From Eledone cirrhosa (lineage: Eukaryota): a stretch of 64,000 nucleotides of DNA. The stretch lies in contig OZ024741.1 of NCBI GenBank assembly GCA_964016885.1, positions 78,058,001 through 78,122,000 of the forward strand. Direction: 5' to 3'. The notes beneath the pieces were generated by a model. The model searched no databases, was not told the DNA's origin, and saw nothing but the letters and a program-made list of their open reading frames with translations. Shown here piece after piece: positions 38,623 through 53,159 of this stretch (position 1 is its first letter; each line of letters opens with the position of its first letter). Made by a program: the position numbers and the translations under genes.

Positions 38623-40237
38623 TGTCCCCGAAAAATGTATACACACTTTGATTACCTGTATAAGCAATATATATATTAGAATGGTGTATACATTTTTAGG
38701 GACCCCGGTATATCTATATATGATGTCCCCGAAAAATGTATACACACTTTGATTACCTGTACAGGCAATATATATATATTAGAATGGTGTATACATTTTT
38801 AGGGACCCCGGTACATATATATATATATAGTGTCCCCGAAAAATGTATACAGACTTTGATTACCTGTACAGGCAATATATATATTAGAATGGTGTATACA
38901 TTTTTAGCAACCCTGGTATATATACATATATATATGGTGTCCCCGAAAAAGGTATACACACTTTAATTACTAGTACAGGCAATATATATATTAGAATGTG
39001 TGTATATATTTTTAGGGACACCGGTATATATATATATGGTGTCCCCGAAAAATGTATACACACTTTGATTACCTGTACAGGCAATATATATATTAGAATG
39101 ATGTATACATTTTTAGGGACCCCGGTATATATATATATATGGTGTCCCCGAAAAAGGTATACACACTTTAATTACCTGTACAGGCAATATATATATTAGA
39201 ATGTGTGTATATATTTTTAGGGACACCGGTATATATATATATATGGTGTCCCCGAACAACGTATACACACTTTGATTACCTGTACAGGCAATATATATAT
39301 TAGAATGATGTATACATTTTTAGGGACCCCGGTATATAGATATATATATATATGGTGTCCCCGAAAAATGTATACACACTTTGATTACCTGTACAGACAA
39401 TATTTATATTAGAATGGTGTATGCATTTTTAGGGAACCTGGTATATATATATATATATATATATGGTGACCCCGAAAAATGTATACACACTTTGATTATC
39501 TGTATAGGCAATATATATATTAGAATGGTGTATACATTTTTAGCGACCCTGGTATATATACATATATATATGGTGTCCCCGAAAAAGGTATACACACTTT
39601 AATTACCTGTACAGGCAATATATATATTAGAATGTGTGTATATATTTTTAGGGACACCGGTATATATATATATGGTGTCCCCGAAAAATGTATATACACT
39701 TTGATTACCTGTACAGGCAATATATATATTAGAATGATGTATACATTTTTAGGGACCCCGGTATATAGATATATATATATATGGTGTCCCCGAAAAATGT
39801 ATACACACTTTGATTACCTGTACAGGCAATATATATATTAGAATGGTGTATACATTTTTAGGGACCCCTGTATATATATAATATATATGGTGTTCCCGAA
39901 AAATGTATACACACTTTGATTACCTGTACAGGCAATATATATATCAGAATGGTGTATACAGTTTTAGGGACCACGGTATATATATATATGGTGTCCCCGA
40001 AAAATGTATACACACTTTGATTACCTGTACAGACAATATATATATTAGAATGGTGTATACATTTTTAGGGACACCGGTATATATATATATGTCCCCGAAA
40101 AATGTATACACACTTTGATTACCTGTACAGGCAATATATATATTAGAATGGTAAATACATTTTTAGGGACCCTGGTATATATGTATATATGGTGTCCCCG
40201 AAAAATGTATACACACTTTGATTATCTGTACAGGCAA

Positions 40238-42460
40238 TCATCATCATCATCATCATCATCACCGTTTTACGTCCGTTCTTCCACGCTAGCATGGGTTAGA
40301 CGGGTTGTCCTGTTGTGGGCAGTGTCTGGTCGGCTGACCATGCCTTGCTCATACAGGAACTGATCTGGCTTGATTTCTACAGCTGGATGCCCTTCCTAAC
40401 ACCAACCTCATTTACAGTGAGTGCTGGGTGCTTTTTCGTGGCGCCTACACGTCCACTTTACAGTGTGGGCTGGGTGCTTTTTTGCCGTGGCACCTCCACG
40501 ACCACCTTGCGGTGGGGGGGGGGTGGGGGGGGGGGCATATTGTTTATATGCTTCAGCATGTACCCATGGGAGGTCGGGTACCCTGTATTACTGCGTGACG
40601 CCAGAAGTCACGGTCGTGTGTCATTGACTTTGAGAGGTGTAGTTGGGTAAGGTCGGCTTTTATCACCTCATCCCAAGTCATCTTGGGTCTCCCCACTCCG
40701 CGGTTTCCATCAACTTCTAGTGCTCTGCACCTTTTTATGCAGCTGTCATCCTTCATACGCATCACATGTCCATACCAGCGTAACCGCCTCTCCTGCACGC
40801 AGCATTTGATTCCTCTTATGCTCAGTCTCTCTCTCAATTCATTTATGCTTTGTCGTTCACGTATATTACTGTTACACATCCATCGGAGCATGCAGGCTTC
40901 GTTTCTCTCTAATCTACGTAAGTCTTCCACCTTCAGCGCCCAGGTCTCACTACCATGCAACATCGCTGTTCGGATACACGCATCATACAGTCTGCCTTTC
41001 ATTCTGAGGGAGAAGCCTTTTGCAGCTAGCAGTGGTAGTAGTTCCCTAAACTTCTTCCATCCCGTTCTTACCCTAGTTATTGTACTTTCTGAGCACCCAC
41101 CTCCGTTGCTAATTCGGTCACCTAGGTAGCAGAAGCTGTCTACTGTTTCTACAGGGCCCTCCCAGAGATTGGTGGTACTTGTTTCCTGTGGCTGTTTGCT
41201 TGCTGTTTCAGCACAGCTGCTGCATGTGAATCCTACATTCTTAATTAAGCTTCCTGAGATCCCGCTACATCTCTTGTGTACCCATTGTTTGCATTTGGGG
41301 CAAAGAATGGAGTTCCTACCTACACCTTTCCTACATACTGAGCAAAGCCATTTCCCTGAGGGGATCTGGGTTCTGTTTTCTCGTCTACTTACAAGGACCT
41401 TAGTCTTTGTCATGTTGACTTTGAGGCCCTTTCTCTCTAGTCCCTGCTTCCAGGTTTGGAATTTATTCTCTAGTTCTACCATAGATTCAGCTATGAGTGC
41501 GAGGTCATCAGCATACAGGAGTTCCCATGGGCATCCGGTCTTAAACTCCTCCGTTATTGCCTGCAGGACTATGATGAACAGGAGAGGGCTAAGAACAGAG
41601 CCCTGGTGGACCCCAACCTGTACGCTAAATTCCTCGCTATACTCATTGCCAATCCTAACTTTGCTGACTGCTCCCCTATACATGGCTTGTACCACTTTCA
41701 CAAGCCATTCATCTACTCCTAGTTTTCTAAGAGCCCACCAGATTACTGCACGTGGAACTCTGTCAAAGGCTTTCTCAAGGTCGACAAATGCCAAGTAGAG
41801 TGGCTTACTTTTAGCTAGGTACTTTTCCTGTAATTGCCTCACAAGGAAGAGCGCATCAGTGGTGCCTTTCCCTGGTACAAACCCAAATTGCATCTCGTCT
41901 ATATTCACCCGGTCCCTAATCAGCTGTGCTATAACTCTTTCTGTTACTTTCATGACCTGGTCCATCAACTTTATACCTCTATAGTTTCCTCTATCTAGTG
42001 CATCGCCTTTACCTTTGTAGCAGTTGACAATGATGCTACTGCACCAATCTTTTGGTATGGCCCCCTCTAGTATTACCTGGTTAACGATACGTGTGGTTAT
42101 AGTGTGACCTACAGACCCAGATGCCTTCAGCATCTCGGCAGCTATACCCGATGGACCGGTTGCCTTCCCTATCTTCATATCTCTGATTGCCTTACTTACT
42201 ACGCTGCCGCTGACTTGTACTGCTGGTCCCTCTATAGGGTCTACGTGGGGTAGGGTCTCTTCTTCCCATGCATTCTCCTCATTTAGTAATCTATCATAAT
42301 GACTCTTCCATGCATCTTTCTTCTCAGTACTTGTGAGGGTAAGCTCACCTTTATCATTCCGGATACGCTTCTCTCCAATGACATCACAACTATCTCTGAC
42401 ACACTGCCTCGCAATCTTGAATACCTCCTGTTTCTGGTCCTCACGTTGTAAAACATGCTT
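40238..42460 (-). mobile_element. Young 5'-truncated RTE LINE with uninterrupted RT ORF
   Basis: ORF 40553-42652; its first ~64 codons are microsatellite read-through. Full RT motifs, 3' UTR and (ATG)n tail. Confidence 0.96.
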
Positions 42461-42484
42461 GTATATATATATATATACACACAC

Positions 42485-42654
<170 letters not shown>

Positions 42655-43373
42655 TTTTAGGGACACCGGTATATATATATATATGGTGTCCCCGAAAAAT
42701 GTATACACACTTTGATTACCTGTACAAGCAATATATATATATTAGAATGGTGTATACATTTTTAGGGATCCCGGTACATATATATATATATGGTGTCCCC
42801 GAAAAATGTATACACACTTTGATTACCTGTACAGGCAATATATATATTAGAATGGTGTATACATTTTTAACGACCCTGGTATATATATATATATATAGTG
42901 TCCCCGAAAAATGTATACACACTTTGATTACCTGTACAGGCAATATATTAGAATGATGTATACATTTTTAGGGAACCTGGTATATATATATACATATATA
43001 TATATGGTGACCCCTGAAAAATGTATACACACTTTGATTACCTGTACAGGCAATATTTATATTAGAATGGTGTATACAGTTTTAGGGACACCGGTATATA
43101 TATATATATGGTGTCCCGGAAAAATGTATACACACTTTGATTACCTGTACAGGCAATATATATATTAGAATGGTGTATACATTTTTAGGGACACCGGTAT
43201 ATATATATATATGGTGTCCCGGAAAAATGTATACACACTTTCATTATCTGTACAGGCAATATATATATTAGAATGGTGTATACATTTTTAGGGATCCCGG
43301 TGTATATATATATATATATATATGGTGTCCCCGAAAAATGTATACACACTTTGATTACCTGTACAGGCAAAAT

Positions 43374-46300
43374 ATCATCATCATCATCATCACCGTTTAC
43401 GTCCGTTCTTCCACGCTAGCATGGGTTAGACGGGTTGTCCTGTTGTGGGCAGTGTCTGGTCGGCTGACCATGCCTTGCTCATACAGGAACTGATCTGGCT
43501 TGATTTCTACAGCTGGATGCCCTTCCTAACACCAACCTCATTTACAGTGAGTGCTGGGTGCTTTTTCGTGGCGCCTACACGTCCACTTTACAGTGTGGGC
43601 TGGGTGCTTTTTTGACGTGGCACCTCCACGACCACCTTGCGGTGGGGGGAGTGGGGGCATATTGTTTATATGCTTCAGCATGTACCCATGGGAGGTCGGG
43701 TACCCTGTATTACTGCGTGACGCCAGAAGTCACGGTCGTGTGTCATTGACTTTGAGAGATGTAGTTGGGTAAGGTCGGCTTTTATCACCTCATCCCAGGT
43801 CATCTTGGGTCTCCCCACTCCGCGGTTTCCATCAACTTCTAGTGCTCTGCACCTTTTTATGCAGCTGTCATCCTTCATACGCATCACCTGTCCATACCAG
43901 CGCAACCACCTCTCCTGCACACAGCATTTGATTCCTCTTATGCTCAGTCTCTCTCTCAATTCATTTATGCTTTGTCGTTCACGTATATTACTGTTACACA
44001 TCCATCGGAGCATGCAGGCTTCGTTTCTCTCTAATCTACGTAAGTCTTCCACCTTCAGCGCCCAGGTCTCACTACCATGCAACATCGCTGTTCGGATACA
44101 CGCATCATACAGTCTGCCTTTCATTCTGAGGGAGAAGCCTTTTGCAGCTAGCAGTGGTAGTAGTTCCCTAAACTTCTTCCATCCCGTTCTTACCCTAGTT
44201 ATTGTACTTTCTGAACACCCACCTCCGTTGCTAATTCGGTCACCTAGGTAGCAGAAGCCGTCTACTGTTTCTACAGGGCCCTCTCAGAGATTGGTGGTAC
44301 TTGTTTCCTGTGGCTGTTTGCTGCTTGCTGTTTCAGTACAGCTGCTGCATGTGAATCCTACATTCTTAATTAAGCTTCCTGAGATCCCGCTACATCTCTT
44401 GTGTACCCATTGTTTGCATTTGGGGCAGAGAATGGAGTTCCTACCTACACCTTTCCTACATACTGAGCAAGGCCATTTCCCTGAGGGGATCTGGGTTCTG
44501 TTTTCTCGTCTACTTACAAGGACCTTAGTCTTTGTCATGTTGACTTTGAGACCCTTTCTTTCTAGTCCCTGCTTCCAGGTTTGGAATTTATTCTCTAGTT
44601 CTACCATAGATTCAGCTATGAGTGCAGGGTCATCAGCATACAGGAGTTCCCATGGGCATCCGGTCTTAAACTCCTCCGTTATTGCCTGCAGGACTATGAT
44701 GAACAGGAGAGGGCTAAGAACAGAGCCCTGGTGGACCCCAACCTGTAAGCTAAATTCCTCGCTATACTCATTGCTAATCCTAACTTTGCTGACTGCTCCC
44801 CTATACATGGCTTGTACCGCTTTCACAAGCCATTCATCTACTCCTAGTTTTCTAAGAGCCCACCAGATTACAACACGTGGAACTCTGTCAAAGGCTTTCT
44901 CAAGGTCGACAAATGCCAAGTAGAGTGGCTTACTTTTAGCTAGGTACTTTTCCTGTAATTGCCTCACAAGGAAGAGGGCATCAGTGGTGCCTCTTCCTGG
45001 TACAAACCCAAATTGTATCTCGTCTATTTTCACCCGGTCCCTAATCAGCTGTGCTATAACTCTTTCTATTACTTTCATGACCTGGTCCATCAACTTCATA
45101 CCTCTATAGTTTCCTCTATCTAGTGCATCGCCTTTACCTTTGTAGCAGTTGACAATGATGCTACTGCACCAATCTTTTGGTATGGCCCCTTCTAGTATTA
45201 CCTGGTTAACGATACGTGTGGTTATAGTGTGACCTACAGACCCAGATGCCTTCAGCATCTCGGCAGCTATACCCGATGGACCGGTTGCCTTCCCCATCTT
45301 CATATCTTTGATTGCCTTACTTACTACGCTGCTGCTGACTTGTACTGCTGGTTCCTCTATAGGGTCTACTTGGGGTAGGGTCTCTTCTTCCCATGCATTC
45401 TCCTCATTTAGTAATCTATCATAATGACTCTTCCATGCATCTTTCTTCTCAGCACTTGTGAGGGCAAGCTCACCTTTATCATTCCGGATACACTTCTCTC
45501 CAATGACATCACAACTATCTCTGACACACTGCCTCGCAATCTTGAATACCTCCTGTTTCTGGTCCCCACGTTGTAAAACATGCTTGAATTTTCTATCCTC
45601 TGCTTCCCTCCTAGCTTCCCTCTTGGTCTCTATGTAATGTACCCTGCTCCCTCCGTTCTTCCATTCTTTCCATGCCTGTCTCTTGGCCTTAACTGCTTCA
45701 TCTACCTTATTGTTCCACCACCAAGTCACTCTCCTCCTGCTTGAGGTCTTACTCCAGCCACAAACCTCATCCGTCGCCTCTAGTAAATTATTTTTTAGGA
45801 ACTCCCAGTTCTCTTCTACGTTAAATGTCTCTATCTGTTCTTCTTTACTGTCGTAGGCGTTGAGTAAAATATCTTTAAATCTGTTACTGGTTGAGGGGAC
45901 TTTCAGCTTCCAGATCTTTCTTCTCCAGGTTGGCCTCTGTTTCCGGGTTCGTCTAGTTCTGACCATGAGGTCGCTGACAACTAAGCTATGTTGGGATGTA
46001 CATTCCTCACTAGGGAAGGCTTTTGTGTTTACGACCGTCCATCTGTCACGTCCTCTGATGAGGATAAAATCTAACTGACTAGAGTGCTCCCCTGATCTAT
46101 AGGTGATCAGGTGGTTGTCGGGTTTTTTAAAGTTTGTGTTACATATCGACATGTCATTGGCGCCGCAGAATTCTAGAAGTCTGAATCCTTCCTCATTCCT
46201 TGTGCCAACTCCATGGCCTCCATGTACTCTATTGAAGCCATCGCAGTGTTTACCTATGTGTCCGTTAAAATCTCCTGCAATGATTAGGAAGTCCTTGTCG

Positions 46301-46428
46301 TCTGTTAGAGCAGTAGTGTGCATTAGGGACTCGTAAAATCTATCCTTAAGTTCATCTGACAGCCCCGATTGGGGTGCGTAAGCTGATATTATTGTGGTAA
46401 TTGTTTTATTCAGGACTAATCTGAGTTT
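43374..46428 (-). mobile_element. Longest RTE LINE copy (partial APE endonuclease + RT) with one premature stop
   Basis: ORFs 44284-46323 and 43675-44124 are in one frame separated by TGG>TGA at 44284-44286. Motifs SAYAPQ, AGDFNGH, LDFIL and YADD. Confidence 0.96.
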
Positions 46429-47091
46429 ATATATATATATTAGAATGGTGTATACATTTTTAGGGACCTCGGTACATATATATATATGGTGTCAAAGAAA
46501 AATGTATACACACTTTGATTACCTGTACAGGCAATATATATATATTAGAATGGTGTATACATTTTTAGCGACCCTGGTATATATATATATATATAGTGTC
46601 TCCGAAAAATGTATACACACTTTGATTACCTGTACAGGCAATATTTATATTAGAATGGTGTATACATTTTTAGGGAACCCGGTATATATATATATGGTGT
46701 CCCCGAAAAATGTATACACACGTTGATTACCTGTACAGGCAATATATATATTAGAATGATGTATACATTTTTAGGGACCCTGGTATATATATATATATAT
46801 GGTGTCCCCGAAAAATGTATACACACTTTGATTACCTGTACAGGCAATATATATATTAGAATGGTGTATACATTTTTAGGGACACCGGTATATGTATATA
46901 TGATGTCCCCGAAAAATGTATACACACTTTGATTACCTGTACCAGCAATATATATATTAGAATGGTGTGTACATTTTTAGGGACCTCGGTATATATATAT
47001 ATATGGTGTCCCCGAAAAATGTATACACACTTTGATTATCTGTACAGGCAATATATATATTAGAATGGTGTATACATTTTTAGGGACCCCA

Positions 47092-47149
<58 letters not shown>

Positions 47150-47340
47150 TGTCCCCGAAAAATGTATACACACTTTGATTACCTGTACAGGCAATATATA
47201 TATTAGAATGATGTATACATTTTTAGGGACTGCTGTATATATATAATATATATGGTGTCCCCGAAAAATGTATACACACTTTGATTATCTGTACAGGCAA
47301 TATATATATTAGAATGGTGTATACATTTTTAGGGACCCCG

Positions 47341-47376
<36 letters not shown>

Positions 47377-48280
47377 TGTCCCCGAAAAATGTATACACAC
47401 TTTGATTACCTATACAGGCAATATATATACTAGAATGGTGTATACATTTTTAGGGACCTCGGTATATATATATATATATATATGGTGTCCCCGAAAAATG
47501 TATACACACTTTGATTACTTGTACAGGCAATATTTATATTAGAATGGTGTATACATTTTTAGGGAACCCCGTATATATATATATATATATATATGGTGTC
47601 CCCGAAAAATGTATACACACTTTGATTATCTGTACAGGCAATATATATATATTAGAATGGTGTATACATTTTTAGGGACCCTGGTATATATATATATATA
47701 TGTTGTCCCCGAAAAATGTATACACACTTTGATTACCTGTACAGGCAATAGATATATTAGAATGGTGTATACATTTTTAGGGACACCGGTATATATATAT
47801 ATGATGTCCCCGGAAAAATGTATACACACTTTGATTACCTGTACCGGCAATATATATATTAGAATGGTGTATACATTTTTAGGGACACCGGTATATATAT
47901 ATATATGATGTCCCCGGAAAAATGTATATACACTTTGATTACCTGTACCGGCAATATATATATTAGAATGGTGTATACATTTTTAGGGACACCGGTATAT
48001 ATATATATATGGTGTCCCCGAAAAATGTATACACACTTTGATTACCTGCACAGGCAATATATATATTAGAATGGTGTATACATTTTTAGGGACACCGTAT
48101 ATATATGGTGTCCCGGAAAAATGTATATACACTTTGATTACCTGTACAGGCAATATATATATTAGAATGGCGTATACATTTTTAGGGACCCCGGTATATA
48201 TATGGTGTCCCCGAAAAATGTATACACCCTTTGATTACCTGTACAGGCAATATATATATTAGAATGGTGTATACATTTTT

Positions 48281-48927
48281 ATATAATACTAAAAGTCTGT
48301 GATTGCTTGCTTGCTTATCTGTAATGTAATACAGATAAAGGGCACATAATGGGAAAATACTTTGAAAGGAAGTTGACCCTGAAATGGGAATACAAATGGA
48401 ACAAAACAAATTTCGCGTAAATCGGACCGCGGGATCCCGACATATGGGGTTTTTCCTGGTGCCTTCATAAACAAAGTAAACAAAGAGAGAAAAAGATAGA
48501 GAGAAAGAGATAGTGGTTGTGGGAGAGTAGATTGAAAGAGAGACAGAAAGAGGGAGAGGAGACAGAGAATGAAAATGGAAGAGAGCTGGTGGTGCTGTTG
48601 TGTGTATATATATATATATATATATATGAGTGTGTGAATATATATATATATATATATGTGTGATTATGACCAGTGCATGTAGATCACAGACATCCACATA
48701 TATATATATATATACACACACATACATATATATGTATATGTTTACACACACACACATATATATATATATACATACACTCACGTATATATATAGGCCTTCC
48801 AGTTTCATTTCACATTATATACATGTCTGTGTATACTTTTATTATTTAAAAATTATTTTTAAGTGAACACGATTTTAAAAAAAATATTTTAAAGTGAACA
48901 TGACCCAACGGGTCACGGGTGGTCTAG
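48281..48927 (+). mobile_element. Helitron-like element
   Basis: ATATAATACTAAAAG + (TTGC)n start, 3' hairpin TGACCCAACGGGTCA, terminal CTAG. Confidence 0.65.
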
Positions 48928-49440
48928 TCTATATATATAAAACTGAGGATGTCTGTCTGTGTGTGTGTGAGTTTGAATCCCTAAAACTAGAGAAGCACCT
49001 AACCGACTGTTTTCAAACTTTACACATGTAATACTTATGTTTCAGGGAGTGTTCTGAGCAAAAAAATTTCAAATTTTCAATGACCTTGGGACCAGCATTA
49101 GACGATTTAGCGATCTCTCTCTATAATTCTTAGTCTTTCTCTTATTAGATAGATACATACATATAATGTCGCACCCTTATAATATTTGCCTGTATGTCTG
49201 GCTGTCTACTGCCTCCGGTTATTCTGCCACCCTTGCTCAAGACAAATCTCACTCATTCCCCAAACAGTTGGTAAGTGCACACAACTTCTTCCTCACGTTT
49301 TAAGCCACAGTGTTGCTCACTTACGTACCACCAGACCCTTACTTCTTTGCCAGCCTGGGTTGTGGCAATACTAAGCTTAGCTAAGGCGGTTATATATTTC
49401 ACAATACCTTATCCCATGCAACACCGGGTACCACTGCTAG
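48928..49440 (+). mobile_element. Short Helitron of the 29532 family with a replaced interior
   Basis: Same 5' ~280 bp and 3' ...ACCGGGTACCACTGCTAG|T. The segment ~49210-49400 is absent from the sister copies. Confidence 0.82.
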
Positions 49441-50782
49441 TATTTCATAAGGTTACATGTGTATCACTATAATTTCTTTTTTTTTTTTTTTACATTTCAT
49501 GGTGTGTACATAAAATAATTAAATGAATAATAATTTTCAAAAATATTTATTAAATTAGAATATAATTAAATAAAAGAAATTTCTCCTTTTTTCTCATTTT
49601 GTGTGTTTGCAATAAATATGTTATAAATAGGAATAATACTGTTTAAATATTAATTACAATAATACTGTAATACTCTGATGATATTTATAGGGACAATAAA
49701 TGACTGTTTTCAGTATAAATCAATTTTATGTAAACAACATATATAAAACATATAAAAATGATAATCATTGTTCCTATGTAACATTACATGATATTATTCG
49801 TCATATGATGGTTTTCACTCTAATGTTGACAATATAGGCTTTTATGCATTAGTAGAAAAATGGTATTACACTGCAGTAACTTTAGAAAATTGCTGAGATA
49901 GGAAGTAGCAGTCATAGCAGTAGAAATATGAAGCAGAGGCAATAAAAAAAATAGTAATATTGGGAGTTGAATTATTAGTTGTAATTATAGGAGCATGTGT
50001 AGTAACAGTAGTAAACTGAGAGTAATTCCATATAGAGTAGTTTAACCAAGCAACCAACATTGAGAATTATTATAAACTATATACACACTTAATTCTATAT
50101 TAGGATATATATCTAGATTTGTTTTGTTTTTTTTTGGACTATTTAATTCAACACATACATGTACATGAGTCAGTGATCTTGACAATAAGTCTAGCCATTT
50201 AGGAGTGTAGTAACTTTGAAATAATAATGGACACAGTATAGAGAGGACTCTTTAACTCTGCTGCAGATATCCTTTCTAGTGTCAGTTGCATAATATGTAG
50301 TACATCCAGTCCATGTAAGACATACAGGGAAAAGTTGGCTGTTTTTTCTCTACAGCTGTGTGACCTATCCAACCAATACTATCATGGAAAACGAATGTGA
50401 AATGATGATATATATTTTTTCACTAGTTTCAGTTATTGGGCTAAGGCCATGTTGGAGCATTGCATTTAAGGGATTTTTAATGAATCACACCAACCTCACT
50501 ACTTATGTTTATCAATCTCTGGTTATAGATTGAGTAAGTTGCCTTTTGATATATGGGGATGCAACTCAACATACTATTGTACACTGGAATACACAAACAA
50601 AAATAGATATACACACAGTTTCCACCAATAAAATTTCACTAGAAGATTTGCCTAAGGTGAGAATAAACCCGAAACCATGTGGTTGTGTAATGATTCTCTT
50701 AAGTACATATCTCTCTCTGTCCCTCAATCCTTTCTCTCAAGCTGTTCTGTATCATAATGCACATCAGTTATAATTAGTATTC

Positions 50783-51035
50783 CGAATTGAGAGATCACGA
50801 CTCCGGTATTATGGGCATGTGGTTAGAGTGTCTCAGGGAAAGAATCGCTGGGCAGATTTTACTGTAGACCCTGAGCAAGATGGTTGGATAACATCCATGA
50901 GCTTGGCTGGTCATGCTTGGGGATCCAGCCATATCAGTTGGAGATGGTTGCTTCTGACAGGACCCGCTGGAGGGAGTGTTTGAGGACTCTTCCCCCACGA
51001 CCCTCTCAGGAATAAGTGGGCAAAGAAAAGAAGAG
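50783..51035 (+). mobile_element. RTE-type LINE 3' fragment of a separate family
   Basis: Manual translation RIERSRLRYYGHVVRV, with an (AAG)-rich end. Confidence 0.65.
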
Positions 51036-52162
51036 TCATGCTGGTGTTGACAGAATATATTTAACTTGCACACATAAAGTAACCATTAATATCTTATTAA
51101 AAATATGTAAATGATGGTGATGTTTACCCCCCAAGTCATTTCTGATTAAAAGCACTCTAGCTGTGTCTATATCCATCTTTTGATTTTCAGATAGCGTATC
51201 TCAGATTGTGTCCTTTCTTTTGGAAGATAGTAAGGTGTGATTTTAAGAAGGTTTGACTGCTATTGTTAATAGATCAGGCAACCGCGTAGAAGCTCCTTTA
51301 GAGAACAAAAATAGATTAAGTGTAAGCAAAAAGATTTTTAGCCCTGTATCTGCTCTTGAAGTACAAACAACACTAAGAAGATTCTTTATGTTTGGGATTT
51401 AAGAAAGCATAGGAGACACTAGTATTACCTGATTAAATCAACCTCAGTACTTAACTTCTACTTCATTTTGTCAAGCCCAGCAGGATGAAAGGTAAAGTTT
51501 GAATTCAGAACATAAAAGATCAAAATTAAATACCACAAAGAATTTTGTCCAACTATCTGACAATTTTTCCAATTGATTGCCCTGCTTTTAACTTACACTT
51601 ACACACACACATATATATAATATGCTTGTCTCAACAATTTTCATACAAGAATTCATAAAGGCACCAGTTTTTATGTATAATGTACCGAGGTCGATTCCAG
51701 CTCTATATCTCTTTCTTACTTACTCTCTCTATTTCCCTTAAAGAAATCAGCTGTTTTGAAACATGGAGAGGAAATAGGCTCCACCAGGTTTTAGAAATGC
51801 CAAAGAAACGCTATGTCATTATGGTAACACTATGACTATCAGGAATTATGGATACATACACACACAATGTAGTTTGAAATAAGACATACTATTAACTTCT
51901 TTTCGTGTTGTATAATAACAATGCAGCTCATGGCAGGATTTTAGTGAATAAATTAAATATAAACAATTAAGTTAAAAGTGTACATCCACATATGTATACT
52001 GAAATACTAGTATGCATATAAATACACACACGTATACATATGTACATGTACCGAGTTTTTCACTGAACACTTTACTGTGAGTGTCTAGCTAGTCTGTATG
52101 TAACCAAACAGACAAACCGGGTTTTAGAGTCATACGGGTTTTCAAGGAAACACCTTTCCTCT

Positions 52163-52257
52163 ATTCTCCAGAGAGCCAGACAGGAATATTGGACTAGTTT
52201 CGATGTTATTACATCTCATCAGCAATATATACCCATCCTCCGGCCTCTCTAGAGAAT
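52163..52257 (-). ncRNA. Intact minimal type I hammerhead ribozyme with extended helix I (core 52186-52228)
   Basis: AUAUUG-CUGAUGA-GAUGU AAUA ACAUC-GAAA-CUAG-UC^CAAUAU. All conserved core nucleotides are present and helices I and II pair perfectly. The flanks AUUCUCUAGAGAGGCC / GGCUCUCUGGAGAAU pair further out. Confidence 0.88.
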
Positions 52258-52869
52258 CGTAAAAGCACATATCGTTATATGCTTTTTCTTTATAATTTTT
52301 CTTTATAATTTATAGATGTATACAGATACTCAAGTATCTATAACACATGCAAGCTTACATTCATATAAAGAACAAATTCTCAACAGAGATTTTCCTGTAA
52401 CAATAACAGAAAATAGAACAGCAACATCTAAATATATTAAATGGAAAAAAATGGAAAAAAACCCTTTTCAGTAACTAGTACACAGCTAGACTATACAGAG
52501 CAGAAAAATATAAGTAAAAAAACTTATATGTTGTGGAAAAGACAACATTAGCTACATAACTAATAATCTTTTAATCATTTTGGCAAATATGGGAGAAAAC
52601 TCCAGACATGTTTTGGTTTTATTGAAGCTCCTCAGCAAAGCATAGATTTCATTGTACTTATCAAAATAGTGAAGGGACAAACATTAAGTTGATGTACAAA
52701 TTGTAAGAACCTCAGTAAATATACAGATCAAAGATTAGATAGTTTAATAGTTTTGAAAGAAACATTACCTAAAGTAAGTTAGAAAAATTGACGAAGACTT
52801 CAAAATCAATGACAAGATGCAAGGAATGACAATGCATTTTGTAACAATCATAATTTCTAACAAGGCCAA

Positions 52870-53159
52870 TCTATATATAAATTTGAACGATTTCTGTCCG
52901 TCCGTTCTTCTGTCACACACTAGAGATGACTGAGGAAGGAATGGGTGATGACATCACGCACTAGAGATGATTGAGAAAGGAAGGGGTGATGACATCACGC
53001 ACTAGAAATGATTGAGGAAGGAAGGTGTGATGCCGTCATGCACTAGAAATGACTGAGGAAGGAAGGGGGTGATGACAAACTACAGAAAACAGCGTCTAAC
53101 ATTAACTACACTTGTGTGTACAATCTACATACACACATACCCGTTAAAAAAAATTCTAG
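52870..53159 (+). mobile_element. Small Helitron-like element with an internal ~41 bp x4 minisatellite
   Basis: A|TCTATATATAAA start, CTAG|T end, repeat unit CACTAGAGATGACTGAGGAAGGAAGGGGTGATGACATCACG. Confidence 0.65.

Noticed and set aside
43374-46428. Autonomous active LINE, or one rescued by A-to-I editing of the UGA stop
   Set aside because: The copy is 5'-truncated within the endonuclease and has an L>P change after YADD, so stop repair alone would not restore it.
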